Below, one piece after another: positions 18,592 through 27,799 of a DNA stretch of 64,000 bases. The notes beneath the pieces were generated by a model. It searched no databases. It saw nothing but the letters and a program-made list of their open reading frames with translations, and was not told the origin of the DNA. Each line of letters starts with the position of its first letter. The first letter of the stretch is position 1. A program made the position numbers and the translations under genes. The DNA comes from Candidatus Krumholzibacteriota bacterium (GTDB taxonomy: Bacteria; Krumholzibacteriota; Krumholzibacteriia; JAJRXK01): positions 740,973 to 804,972 of the forward strand of contig CAVXTH010000006.1 in assembly GCA_963764625.1 (NCBI GenBank), given 5' to 3'.

Positions 18592-19272
18592 CTAGGAGCT
18601 GCTGATCTGAGCCCGAAGAACCTCGATCTTGGTGTTGGCCTCTTGCTTGGTCTGGAAGTCGTTGCTTCGCGACAAGGGCAAGAGCACCGCGATCGCCTCC
18701 TCGCGCCGCCCCAGCTTTTCCAATACGCGCGCCTGGGCAAAGCAAGTTTCAGCATAGAGGTAATCCTCGGGCTTCAACTTCTGCGCCAGCGCGCTCAACT
18801 GGGCCAGAGCCTCCTGGTTCTGTCCGGCTCCTTCAAGAGCAAGGCCCAAGCCAGACTGCGCGCTCAGCGCGTAGAAGCCCTTCTCGTCCTTTTCGAGATA
18901 GTCGCGAAAACTTTGGATCGCCGCATCGTTCTCCCCGAGAGCGAGATGGCAGGCGCCGGCATAGTAGCGGGCGTTCTTGCCCTCCTTGCGGCTCCCGAAG
19001 CGCTGGATGAGGTCCTCCAGGGTCAACAGGCACTCGCTGTAGGAGCTGGCGCTGTACTGGGTCGCGGCCTGTGCCATGAGGTGCGCCGCCTCCTGGCGGC
19101 TGTGGAGCTGGGTCTGGCGGAAATAGACCGTGCCCAGGACGCCGGCCGCCACCAGGACAACCCCCAGGAACACCCTCAGAAAGTTGTTCTGCAGATAGCT
19201 GTAACCCTTTGCTACGTTTTCTGAAAACGCATCATGCCGGAGTTCCTTCTTCGTGAACTTGCCCTTCGCCAC
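18592..19272 (-). CDS. membrane-anchored TPR protein (YfgM-like)
   Basis: N-terminal KKELRHDAF... followed by a single TM (VFLGVVLVAAGVLGTVYF), then TPR-like helices. Confidence 0.55.
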   Translation of the reverse strand: MAKGKFTKKELRHDAFSENVAKGYSYLQNNFLRVFLGVVLVAAGVLGTVYFRQTQLHSRQEAAHLMAQAATQYSASSYSECLLTLEDLIQRFGSRKEGKNARYYAGACHLALGENDAAIQSFRDYLEKDEKGFYALSAQSGLGLALEGAGQNQEALAQLSALAQKLKPEDYLYAETCFAQARVLEKLGRREEAIAVLLPLSRSNDFQTKQEANTKIEVLRAQISSS

Positions 19273-19344
19273 GACATCAACCTCCCCGGCCTATCTGCCG
19301 GTTATGACTTCAGTTCCACGGGATCCGCGGAAGCTTAGTGGGTT

Positions 19345-19373
19345 GCGGAGGGCCGGTCAAGGGGGCCCTCCGC
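19345..19373 (-). terminator. perfect 10-bp GC hairpin downstream of tRNA-Arg
   Basis: GCGGAGGGCC-9 nt-GGCCCTCCGC. No downstream T tract, so it may be a processing or termination structure. Confidence 0.3.
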
Positions 19374-19385
19374 CGCGAAAACCTC

Positions 19386-19459
19386 TGCCCCAGAGAGGAC
19401 TCGAACCTCCGACACCAGGTTTAGGAAACCTGTGCTCTATCCACCTGAGCTACTGGGGC
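19386..19459 (-). tRNA. tRNA-Arg (anticodon CCT)
   Basis: Cloverleaf folded by hand: GCCCCAG acceptor, anticodon loop TTCCTAA, T-loop GGAGGTTCGAGTCCTCT. 74 nt, no encoded CCA. Confidence 0.9.
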
Positions 19460-19475
19460 CCAAGGCACAATCCGG

Positions 19476-19988
19476 CTAGTCATAGACCAGCAGGGAATGA
19501 ACCGGCCACGCGAGCTGGTCTCGTCCCTTCAGCGCGGCCAACTCGATGATGAACGCCAACTCCTCCACCTTCGCCCGGGCCTCCTCCACCAGCTCTGCGC
19601 ATGCCCGCGCCGTCCCACCGGTAGCCAGAAGATCATCCACGATGATGACGCGCTCGCCTTCCTTCAGGGCGTCGCGGTGGATCTCCAGGGTAGCGCTCCC
19701 GTACTCGAGTTCGTAACTGCGCGCCAGAGTATCTCCGGGGAGCTTGCCCGCTTTACGCACCGGCACGAAGCCCACGCCCAGGCGAAGCGCGAGCGGCGCG
19801 CCGAAGAGAAAGCCCCGGCTCTCGACGCCCAGAATCTTTTCGATGCCGCGTGAGCGATAGCGTGCGTACAGGCGCTCGATACATTTGCCGAACGCGGCCG
19901 GATCGTTCAAAAGGGGCGTGATGTCACGGAAGAGAATGCCCGGCTTGGGGAAGTCAGGAATCTCTCCGATGTACTCGCGAAGCTCCAT
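19476..19988 (-). CDS. apt: adenine phosphoribosyltransferase
   Basis: DFPKPGILFRDITPLL and the PRPP motif VIIVDDLLATGGTA. Confidence 0.9.
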   Translation of the reverse strand: MELREYIGEIPDFPKPGILFRDITPLLNDPAAFGKCIERLYARYRSRGIEKILGVESRGFLFGAPLALRLGVGFVPVRKAGKLPGDTLARSYELEYGSATLEIHRDALKEGERVIIVDDLLATGGTARACAELVEEARAKVEELAFIIELAALKGRDQLAWPVHSLLVYD

Positions 19989-20005
19989 GCTCGTGTGCCT
20001 CCGCT

Positions 20006-20680
20006 TCAGTTCCAGCGCAAGTGCTTGACGGGATCGACCGCGTCCTGGCCCCTGCGGATCTCGAAATGGAGAGCCGGCTTGCTGCGCTCGATTCCCTCAC
20101 CCAAGCGCGCCAGTTCCTGGCCCGTGTACACCGCTTCGTTGACCTCCACGTAGATGTGCAGCGGATCGCAGGGACCATAGAGGCTGCGCCACCCGCCATC
20201 GTGCTCCACCACCACCAGGCGTCCGTAGCCGCTCAAGTCGCCCACGAAGCGAACCACTCCCTTGTCGCAAGAGAGAATCGGCGTGCCCTCGCGGGCGCGC
20301 AGGTCCAGGCCAGTGTGGCGCTGCATGACCCTCTCGTGGCGCGTGTCTTTGCGCTCGCCGAAGGAAGCCACGATATCGCGTTTCCGGATGCCCTGAATGG
20401 GAAGTTGCCCCATGAACTCTCGCGCTCCCGTCTTGCTCACGCCCCGCACTCCCGCCAGCACGAGGCGTTGGCCGGGTCGAATGAGGTCGTCGGGCAGATC
20501 GTTGGCCTGGCGGATTCTCGAGACCGTGGTTCCGAAGGCGCGCGCGATTCCGAACAGGGTATCTCCACGTCGGACGTGGACGAAAAGTTCATTGGCGGCT
20601 CGAGTCGCGGTGGCCCCCGCCGTCAGGAGCACGAACAAGACGAGAGAAGAAACCGAATGTCGCCAAGGTGTACCGAGCAC
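20006..20680 (-). CDS. LysM + M23 family metallopeptidase (NlpD-like)
   Basis: LysM HVRRGDTLFGIARAFGTTVSRIRQANDL. M23 HTGLDLRA...GYGRLVVVEH...ALHFEIR. Confidence 0.85.
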   Translation of the reverse strand: MLGTPWRHSVSSLVLFVLLTAGATATRAANELFVHVRRGDTLFGIARAFGTTVSRIRQANDLPDDLIRPGQRLVLAGVRGVSKTGAREFMGQLPIQGIRKRDIVASFGERKDTRHERVMQRHTGLDLRAREGTPILSCDKGVVRFVGDLSGYGRLVVVEHDGGWRSLYGPCDPLHIYVEVNEAVYTGQELARLGEGIERSKPALHFEIRRGQDAVDPVKHLRWN

Positions 20681-20715
20681 CGACCCGCCCTCGCGCTCGC
20701 GCGAAGAGGAAGTTG

Positions 20716-20793
<78 letters not shown>

Positions 20794-20809
20794 ACTGAAA
20801 ACTTCTCTT

Positions 20810-21295
20810 CTACCAAATGTGGATGATCCCCTGCACCGCCAATGTCACCACGATTCCCGCGCAGCAAACACCCGCGAAGATGGCGGGGATGGCCCGGCGC
20901 GCCGGGAGATCAAAGAGATAGGCCGCGATCGCTCCCGTCCACGCCCCCGTCACCGGAAGCGGTACCGCGACGAAAAGAACGAGACCCAGAGCGCCGTAGC
21001 GCTCCACCACCGCGGCTTTGCGTCGGGTGCGGGCGAACAGCCAGCAAAAGAACTTATCAAACCAGCGATTGCGCCGCAATGTCTTTTCGATCCGACCCAG
21101 GAAGAACAGCCAGAAGGGGATCGGAATCATGTTTCCCAGCACCGACCACAGCAAGGCAGGAAGGGGCGCGAGCCCGCCGATCGCGATCGCCCAGGGGATC
21201 GAGCCGCGCAGTTCGAGGATGGGCATGGCCGCGATGACGATGGTGGACAGAGGCTGCGGCAGGTGCGAAGCCCAGTGGAGGAACTCAGCCTTCAC
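20810..21295 (-). CDS. small membrane protein (putative small multidrug export family, COG2426)
   Basis: PILELRGSIPWAI motif and 4-5 TM helices. Confidence 0.6.
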   Translation of the reverse strand: MKAEFLHWASHLPQPLSTIVIAAMPILELRGSIPWAIAIGGLAPLPALLWSVLGNMIPIPFWLFFLGRIEKTLRRNRWFDKFFCWLFARTRRKAAVVERYGALGLVLFVAVPLPVTGAWTGAIAAYLFDLPARRAIPAIFAGVCCAGIVVTLAVQGIIHIW

Positions 21296-21944
21296 CCGCG
21301 AACCCTCCTTCTCCCAGAAGCGGGACGAAGCGACACGCGCAGCCCTCTGCGATGTGGTCCTCCCCGTCCTCGCGCCGCACGATGACGAGGGTCTGCAGAT
21401 GCCGCCCCCCCACCGGCGCGACCAGGCGGCCGGGATCGGCCAGCTGCGCCAAGAGCTCCTCGGGCAAGGAAGGCGCCGCCGCCGTCACTAGGATGGCGTC
21501 GAAGGGCGCCTCCTGGGGCCACCCGGTGCTTCCATCCCCCACACTCAGCTCGATGCCCGAAATCGCCAGTTCGTCGAGCACTTGGCGCGCGCGTTGGGCC
21601 AGACTCGCGTGGCGTTCCACGCTGTAGACCCGGGCCCCGAGCATGGCCAGCACCGCGGCTTGATACCCGCTACCGGTGCCGATCTCCAGGACTCTCTCCC
21701 CCCCGGCCAGCGCGAGCGCCTGCGTCATGGTCGCCACGATGAACGGCTGGCTTAGGGTCTGTCCTTCCTCGATGGGAATCGCGCGGGGTGCGTAGGCTTC
21801 GTCCCACTGCCGCCGGGGCAAGAAGCGGTGGCGAGGAACTCGTCCCATCACCTGAAGGACTCTCTCGTCGATGATTCCCTGTCCGCGCAGTTGGTGCTCG
21901 ATCATGCTGAAGCGTTCGCGCGCGAACGAATTCACTTCTTCCAT
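21285..21944 (-). CDS. pcm: protein-L-isoaspartate O-methyltransferase
   Basis: LSQPFIVATMTQAL and the SAM motif VLEIGTGSGYQAAVLA. Confidence 0.9.
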   Translation of the reverse strand: MEEVNSFARERFSMIEHQLRGQGIIDERVLQVMGRVPRHRFLPRRQWDEAYAPRAIPIEEGQTLSQPFIVATMTQALALAGGERVLEIGTGSGYQAAVLAMLGARVYSVERHASLAQRARQVLDELAISGIELSVGDGSTGWPQEAPFDAILVTAAAPSLPEELLAQLADPGRLVAPVGGRHLQTLVIVRREDGEDHIAEGCACRFVPLLGEGGFAGEG

Positions 21945-22702
21945 GCGCCCACCAGGTCTTCTCCATAGACCATCGCCTTGTAATCAGTCATGTCGAGATG
22001 AAGGGGAGTCACTGTGATCCAGCCCGAACTCAATAGTCCAAAGTCGGTCGTTTCGTCATCACTCTGCGGAATGGGATTGCCACCGATCCAGAAGTACTCC
22101 TTGCCCCGCGGATCGACTTTCCGGGTGATCACGTCCTGATAGATTCTCGATCCGAGCTTGCACACGCGCATGCCCTTGATCGCGCTGAGTGGCTTGGCCG
22201 GAACGTTCACGTTCAAGAGCATCTGTCCCTGGAGCCCGCGCTCGAGCCATTGGGGAAGGGTGTCCTTCACGAAGTGATCCGCGGTTTCGAACTCTCCTGC
22301 GTCGAGCCCGCGCGAGCCCAATGACAGAGCGATGCTCGGCAGTCCACAGATCGTCCCTTCCATCGCCGCGGCTACGGTACCGCTATAGAGAATGTCCTCT
22401 CCCATGTTCGGTCCGTGGTTGATGCCCGAGATCACGAGGTCCGGCAACTCGTCTTCGAACAGGGCGCGCAGAGCGAGCAGCACGCAGTCGGTGGGTGTTC
22501 CGGTCACCGAGTACTTGTCTTTACTGTGACGCGTGATGCGCAGGGGCGAGGTGAGGGTCAGAGCATGCGAGCTCGCGCTCTGTTCGCGATCGGGAGCGCA
22601 CACCGAAATGCGCGCCCGCGGCATCGCCTCCCTCAGACCAACGTCCAACCGGCGCAGGCCTTCGGCGTGGATGCCGTCGTCGTTGGTAAGGAGAATGTGC
22701 AT
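21932..22702 (-). CDS. surE: 5'/3'-nucleotidase SurE
   Basis: ATG 22702 gives MHILLTNDDGIHAEGL. GINHGPNMGEDILYSGTVAAA. Confidence 0.9.
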   Translation of the reverse strand: MHILLTNDDGIHAEGLRRLDVGLREAMPRARISVCAPDREQSASSHALTLTSPLRITRHSKDKYSVTGTPTDCVLLALRALFEDELPDLVISGINHGPNMGEDILYSGTVAAAMEGTICGLPSIALSLGSRGLDAGEFETADHFVKDTLPQWLERGLQGQMLLNVNVPAKPLSAIKGMRVCKLGSRIYQDVITRKVDPRGKEYFWIGGNPIPQSDDETTDFGLLSSGWITVTPLHLDMTDYKAMVYGEDLVGAWKK

Positions 22703-22716
22703 GAAAGATCCTCGCG

Positions 22717-23424
22717 CTAGCTGGGTCCGGCGGGCTGTCGCCCGGGCCTCTTGATCCACTGCCGGGAGCGCCAGAGGAGCCTCATGAAACGAACCGTGTC
22801 CACCAGAGGATGGATGGAACTCGCCTCGTCGTGATACACCGTACTGATCGCCACGGAGGCCACAGGGTAGCCCAAGCGCCCTGCCTTGATCAAGATCTCC
22901 GATTCCAGATCGTAGCGGCTCGATTCCAGCTGGATGTCCGCAAGAACGCGGCTATCGATGAGTCGATATCCGCACTGAGAATCTTCGATTCTCTGGTTCG
23001 CGAGGCCGCTCACGATGCGCGACATCACCTCGTTCGTGCGCTTGCGCAGCCAGGGCATCCGTTCGTTCTCCGCCATGCGATTTCCCACCACCACGCGGGC
23101 CCCCGTCTTCCACGCCTCGAGGAATCGGGGAATCTCCTCGGGGAGATGCTGACCGTCCGCGTCGAGGGTGAGACAGGCGGGGTGTCCCTCCTGCAATACG
23201 CGAGCGAAGCCGGTCTTGAGCGCCTCCCCCTTCCCGCGGTTTACCGGGTGACGCATGACCTCCACTCCTAGGCGACGCGCCACCTCCGCCCCGTCATCGC
23301 CCGAGCCGTCGTCGACGAGGAGAACTTCGACCTGGGGCCTCAGTTTCAGCAGTCGGGGCAAGAGTTCGGGGAGGTGACGCTCCACGTTGTAAGCGGGGAG
23401 AATGGCGAGAACCGAATCAGCCAT
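22717..23424 (-). CDS. family-2 glycosyltransferase
   Basis: ILPAYNVERHL, LLVDDGSGDDG, NRGKGEALKTGF. Confidence 0.8.
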   Translation of the reverse strand: MADSVLAILPAYNVERHLPELLPRLLKLRPQVEVLLVDDGSGDDGAEVARRLGVEVMRHPVNRGKGEALKTGFARVLQEGHPACLTLDADGQHLPEEIPRFLEAWKTGARVVVGNRMAENERMPWLRKRTNEVMSRIVSGLANQRIEDSQCGYRLIDSRVLADIQLESSRYDLESEILIKAGRLGYPVASVAISTVYHDEASSIHPLVDTVRFMRLLWRSRQWIKRPGRQPAGPS

Positions 23425-24265
23425 CGCACTCCTCCTCCCAGAGGGGCGTGAACCGGGCCCATTGTTCGGGGTTGCGGGCGACGTGGCTCTCGAGCAGGGA
23501 CACGATAAACTGCAGAGTCTCTCGTTCCTTCCCCTCCTCCACCCTCAGGGGCTTCTCGACCCTCAACTCGGTCAGGCTTCCCACGCGGCGCGCGAAGATC
23601 GGCAACACTCGTGCTCGTGCTTCCAGCGCCAGCCGTAGATATCCGTCGGGAAACTTGGCCTTGTGGCCGAAGAACTCCACTTCGCTTCCGCTCGAGCTGA
23701 ACAGCCGGTCGCACAGCAAGACCACCGTCTCTCCTCGCTGCAGCGCTTCCAACAGCGGGCGATAGGATCGCCCCAGGGGATGAACGATGATACCCCGTTG
23801 CGCGCGCCGTTCGGTGAAGTACCTGGTCACGCGCGCCGAAGGATGCTCGTGGGCGACGGTGTGGAAGGGCCCGAGGTGTTGCGCGAGCCACGCTCCCCCC
23901 ATCTCCCATCCCGCCAGGTGCGCGGAGAGAATGAGGAGCCCCTCCCCTTCACGCCGGTGGAGGTACTCGCCGCCGCGAACCACTTTGTAGCGCGCGAGAA
24001 TTTCGGTGGTGCTGCGATGGGGCAAGCTCACGAACTCATAGACCGAACGGGCGAAGGCCTGGAACACTTCGGGAACCATGAGCGGGTCGTAAGGACGGTC
24101 CATCGCCTTCTCGATCCCCTCGAGGTTTCGCTCCACGATGCGAACGACTTTGGGATGGGTCCAGCGAAAGATCAGTGCGACGGTGGCGGTGATTTTGAGG
24201 CCCAGCCAGCGCGGCAGGCGCCCGCTCAACCATCCCGCGGTGAGGTACAGAAGCCAGTTGAGCAA
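23417..24265 (-). CDS. lysophospholipid/lipid A-type acyltransferase (LpxL/HtrB family)
   Basis: N-terminal TM and the general HtrB-like layout (LLSAHLGGWE-like SAHLAGWE). Overlaps the GT2 start by 8 nt. Confidence 0.6.
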   Translation of the reverse strand: MLNWLLYLTAGWLSGRLPRWLGLKITATVALIFRWTHPKVVRIVERNLEGIEKAMDRPYDPLMVPEVFQAFARSVYEFVSLPHRSTTEILARYKVVRGGEYLHRREGEGLLILSAHLAGWEMGGAWLAQHLGPFHTVAHEHPSARVTRYFTERRAQRGIIVHPLGRSYRPLLEALQRGETVVLLCDRLFSSSGSEVEFFGHKAKFPDGYLRLALEARARVLPIFARRVGSLTELRVEKPLRVEEGKERETLQFIVSLLESHVARNPEQWARFTPLWEEECDG

Positions 24266-24295
24266 GAGACGCTATCGGCGGCGAGAGGAAAGCTT

Positions 24296-24372
24296 GGTCG
24301 GGGCGACTGGATTTGAACCAGCGACCACTTACCCCCCATGCAAGTGCGCTACCGGACTGCGCCACGCCCCGA
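24296..24372 (-). tRNA. tRNA-Pro (anticodon GGG)
   Basis: CGGGGCG acceptor, anticodon stem CTTGC/GTAAG, loop ATGGGGG, T-loop TTCAAAT, CCA encoded. Confidence 0.8.
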
Positions 24373-24453
24373 CCAGACGTAAAGAAGACGCCAGGGGAGG
24401 GCAAAGATAACATAGCCCCGGCCGAATGCAAGCTCGTCGGCTGAAGGCTCTGC

Positions 24454-24819
24454 TCAGGACTTCAGTTCGTCGATTACTTGAAGAATGTCTCGAAGTCCCT
24501 CGCGCAGCTCCTCGATCAGTGCGTCGCGGGGGTCCTTCGCCGGTACTTTGGGCCCCACCGCCTCTTCGCGGGCCTTGCGGTCGGCCAAGATGCGACGGGC
24601 CCCGTCGATCTTGTAGCCTTCCTCGTAGAGGAGGCGCTTGATCGCCTTGAGTTCGTCGATGTCACGCTGGCGGTAACTCCGGTTCCCGGCGCGGTTCTTC
24701 TTGGGCCGCAGAGTGGGGAACTCCGCTTCCCAATAGCGAAGCACGTGGGGCTTCACCCCCGCCATCTTGGCGACTTCGCTGATGCTGTAGTAGAGCTTTT
24801 CGGGGAGCTCTGCGTTCAT
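24454..24819 (-). CDS. MerR family transcriptional regulator
   Basis: ATG 24819. YYSISEVAKMAGVKPHVLRYWEAEF helix-turn-helix. Confidence 0.8.
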   Translation of the reverse strand: MNAELPEKLYYSISEVAKMAGVKPHVLRYWEAEFPTLRPKKNRAGNRSYRQRDIDELKAIKRLLYEEGYKIDGARRILADRKAREEAVGPKVPAKDPRDALIEELREGLRDILQVIDELKS

Positions 24820-25856
24820 TGTTGCCACCTCCTCTTCGCGGATGCGATTTCTCGTTCGGAGCGCAGGGCTCGTCCCATGAGTTCGTCGAGGGCTTGGCTG
24901 GGATCCCGTCCCTCGTCGAGCACGGCGAGAACTTGACGACTGATCGGCATCTTGATCTCGTGCTCGTCCGCCAACGCGACGGCGGTGCGCACCGTCGCCA
25001 CCCCTTCCACCGTCTGTTCGATCGCCGCCATGGCGGACGCCAGGCTCTCCCCCCGGGCGATCCTCTCCCCCAGAGCTCGATTGCGGCTGTGCCGACTCAG
25101 ACAGGTCGTGATCACGTCGCCCACCCCGGAGAGACCATAGAAGGTTTCGGCGAGGCCACCCAATGCCACTCCCAGGCGCGCGATCTCCGCGAGGCCGCGG
25201 GTCAAGAGGGCGCCCTTGGTGTTGTCCCCCAGATTCAGTCCGTCGCACATGCCGGCGGCGATGGCCAAGATGTTCTTCAGCGCGCCAGCGTATTCGGTGC
25301 CCACTTGATCGTCATTGGTGTAGATCCTGAGCCATGCGGTAGACAGCGCCTCCTGCACGCGTCGCGCATGCGCGGATTCTCCTCCGGACAACACGACGGC
25401 GGTGGGGAGCTGACGCGCCACCTCCTCGGCGTGCGAGGGTCCGAGCAGCGTCATCTGCCGGGCGGGACTCAGGTCGAGAGTCTGCCGCATCACTTCGCTC
25501 ATGCGCCGGCCCGTCGTTTCCTCCAGACCCTTCGCGACGCAGACGATGAGTGATTCCTCGGCGAGTTCTTCTTCTTCGAGGCGCTCGCAGAGTTCCGCTA
25601 CGGCCTTCGAGGGCACGGCCAGAACCAGCACGCTTGCGCCGCGCACGCACTCAGCCAGCGAATCGCTCGCGCGAAGCCCGCGGGGTAGCTCGACCCCGGG
25701 CAAGTACCTCTGATTCTTTCCCTGATTGATTTCCCGCGCCAGCTCGTTCCGTCGCGCCCAGAGCCTGGTCTGGTGCCCCGTGAGGCGTGCGCTCAGCGCC
25801 AGGGCCGTGCCCCACGACCCCGCCCCCAGGACCGCGACCGACTCGCTCACGACCAC
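24816..25856 (-). CDS. gpsA: NAD(P)H-dependent glycerol-3-phosphate dehydrogenase
   Basis: GTG 25856 preceded by GGAGGAG. VAVLGAGSWGTALA Rossmann motif. The der-plsY-gpsA order is conserved. Confidence 0.9.
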   Translation of the reverse strand: MVVSESVAVLGAGSWGTALALSARLTGHQTRLWARRNELAREINQGKNQRYLPGVELPRGLRASDSLAECVRGASVLVLAVPSKAVAELCERLEEEELAEESLIVCVAKGLEETTGRRMSEVMRQTLDLSPARQMTLLGPSHAEEVARQLPTAVVLSGGESAHARRVQEALSTAWLRIYTNDDQVGTEYAGALKNILAIAAGMCDGLNLGDNTKGALLTRGLAEIARLGVALGGLAETFYGLSGVGDVITTCLSRHSRNRALGERIARGESLASAMAAIEQTVEGVATVRTAVALADEHEIKMPISRQVLAVLDEGRDPSQALDELMGRALRSEREIASAKRRWQQ

Positions 25857-26479
25857 AGAGGTTTCTCCTCCCCTCGGCGCAGACGGCGCAGGTTTTCTCT
25901 GTGACGCAAGAGAATGAGCGCTCCCAGCACCACCGACGCCACCAATGTCGCCCAACGCGGCTGGGAGTCGGGATGACTCAGGGTGTGCACCAGGAGGGTG
26001 ACGGGAAGAGCCGCCGCGGCCGCGATGCTGGCGATGCTCATGATGCGAGTGCTCAAAAGCAGAATGAGCCAGATGCCGAAGGCGGGAATCGCGCCCCAAG
26101 GGGCCAGAGTCAAGAAGGCGCCGGCCGCGGTCGCGACTCCCTTGCCACCGCGAAAGCCCACCCACGGGCTGAAGGCGTGACCGAGAACCGCGCCCATCGC
26201 CGCCGCGAGCGCCAGTGCGTCCCCGGTGGGACCCATCACCGCCAGGCGAGGGGTCAGCGCCAACCAGACCGGAAACGCTCCCTTGAGGAGATCCACCAGG
26301 AGCACCATGCTGGCGGTAAACGGTCCCAGCACCCGGAAGGCGTTCGTCGCGCCCAGATTGCCGCTGCCCTCGACCCGCAGGTCGACTCCCTTGCGGCGGC
26401 CCAGCAGATAGGAGGTGGGAAAGGAGCCACAGAGGTATCCGGCGAGGAGGGCGATGAATACGGCCAGCCAGGGATTCAT
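25847..26479 (-). CDS. plsY: glycerol-3-phosphate acyltransferase PlsY
   Basis: YLCGSFPTSYLLGR...GSGNLGATNAFRVLG. Confidence 0.9.
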   Translation of the reverse strand: MNPWLAVFIALLAGYLCGSFPTSYLLGRRKGVDLRVEGSGNLGATNAFRVLGPFTASMVLLVDLLKGAFPVWLALTPRLAVMGPTGDALALAAAMGAVLGHAFSPWVGFRGGKGVATAAGAFLTLAPWGAIPAFGIWLILLLSTRIMSIASIAAAAALPVTLLVHTLSHPDSQPRWATLVASVVLGALILLRHRENLRRLRRGEEKPLWS

Positions 26480-27798
26480 GTTCGGCTTCTCTCCTTTTCG
26501 CGGAGGGTGATCCGGATACGGGTGCCGGTGAACCCCACCGCCTCGCGGATGCGGTTGTTGAGATAACGCAAGTAATTCCTCGGGAAATAGGCGCTCCGGT
26601 TGACGAAAAGCGTGAAGACCGGAGGCGCGGTTCCCGTCTGCGTCGCGTAGTAGATCTTCCCGGTGCCCCGCTGGTACATCGGGGGAGGATTCTTGCGCTT
26701 CGCCGCCTCCAGTATGCTGTTTAGACGGCTTGTTTCAACCGTTTTCTCACGTTCGCGCGCGAGCTCCCAGGCCATTTCTAGAATTCGCCCGGTACGAGTG
26801 CCCACCAGGGCGGAGATGGAGACCACCGGCGCGTAACGAATGAAGGCCAGATCCTCGTGGATTCGATCGGTGAAGTGTTTGAAGGTCATCGTGTCCTTCT
26901 CGATGGCGTCCCACTTGTTCACCGCGATGAGCACCCCCTTCCCCGCGTCGTGAATCTCGCTGGCCACCCGCGCATCCTGCGCCACCACTCCTTCGGTGGC
27001 ATCGAGCATGAGGACGGCGACGTCGCAGCGCTGGATCGCCTGGATGGAGCGCAGCACCGAAAAGTACTCGACACCTTTATTGTGTTTGAAGCGGCGGCGG
27101 ATCCCCGCGGTGTCCACCAGGACCATGTCTTTCCCGTGCCAGCGAATCCGGCTGTCCACCGCGTCACGCGTGGTCCCCGGGACCTCGCTCACCAAACTGT
27201 TGCTCGCGCCAGTCAGCGCATTCAGCAGACTGCTCTTGCCCACGTTGGGCCGGCCCAGGAGCGCGAGATGGAGCGCCTCCTCGGTTCGGGCCGGGGCCTG
27301 CGGAAGTCCCTCCACCACCGCGTCGAGCAGATCCCCCACCCCTCTCCCGTGAATGGCAGAAACCCCGTAGAGGGAAGGAAAACCCAGGCGATGGAACTCA
27401 GCCGCTTCGAGCTGGTCGAGCTCCTTGTCCACTTTGTTCACGACCACATGCACCGGCTGTTCGAGCCGGTGTAATTCGGATGCGAGAGCTTGATCGTAGG
27501 CGGTGATGCCACTACCCACATCCACCACGAAGATGACCGCGTCGGCCATGTTCATGGTGGCGCGCGCGACTTCGGAGATTTCGTGTTCAAAGGGAGTTCC
27601 CTCTTCGAAGGGGATGATTCCTCCGGTGTCGGCGAGGGTGAAATTGTGCCCGGCCCAGTCCGCCGGGCGAATGTGACGGTCGCGCGTCACGCCCGCACTC
27701 TCGTGCACGACCGCCGATCGCGTACGCGTGATGCGGTTGAAGAGAGTGGACTTCCCCACATTGGGCCGGCCCACGATGGCAACCAGGGCGGGTGGCAT
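26476..27798 (-). CDS. der: ribosome-biogenesis GTPase Der (EngA)
   Basis: Two G domains (GRPNVGKSTLFN and GRPNVGKSSLLN) plus a KH-like C-terminus. Confidence 0.95.
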   Translation of the reverse strand: MPPALVAIVGRPNVGKSTLFNRITRTRSAVVHESAGVTRDRHIRPADWAGHNFTLADTGGIIPFEEGTPFEHEISEVARATMNMADAVIFVVDVGSGITAYDQALASELHRLEQPVHVVVNKVDKELDQLEAAEFHRLGFPSLYGVSAIHGRGVGDLLDAVVEGLPQAPARTEEALHLALLGRPNVGKSSLLNALTGASNSLVSEVPGTTRDAVDSRIRWHGKDMVLVDTAGIRRRFKHNKGVEYFSVLRSIQAIQRCDVAVLMLDATEGVVAQDARVASEIHDAGKGVLIAVNKWDAIEKDTMTFKHFTDRIHEDLAFIRYAPVVSISALVGTRTGRILEMAWELAREREKTVETSRLNSILEAAKRKNPPPMYQRGTGKIYYATQTGTAPPVFTLFVNRSAYFPRNYLRYLNNRIREAVGFTGTRIRITLREKERSRT

Positions 27799-27799
27799 C

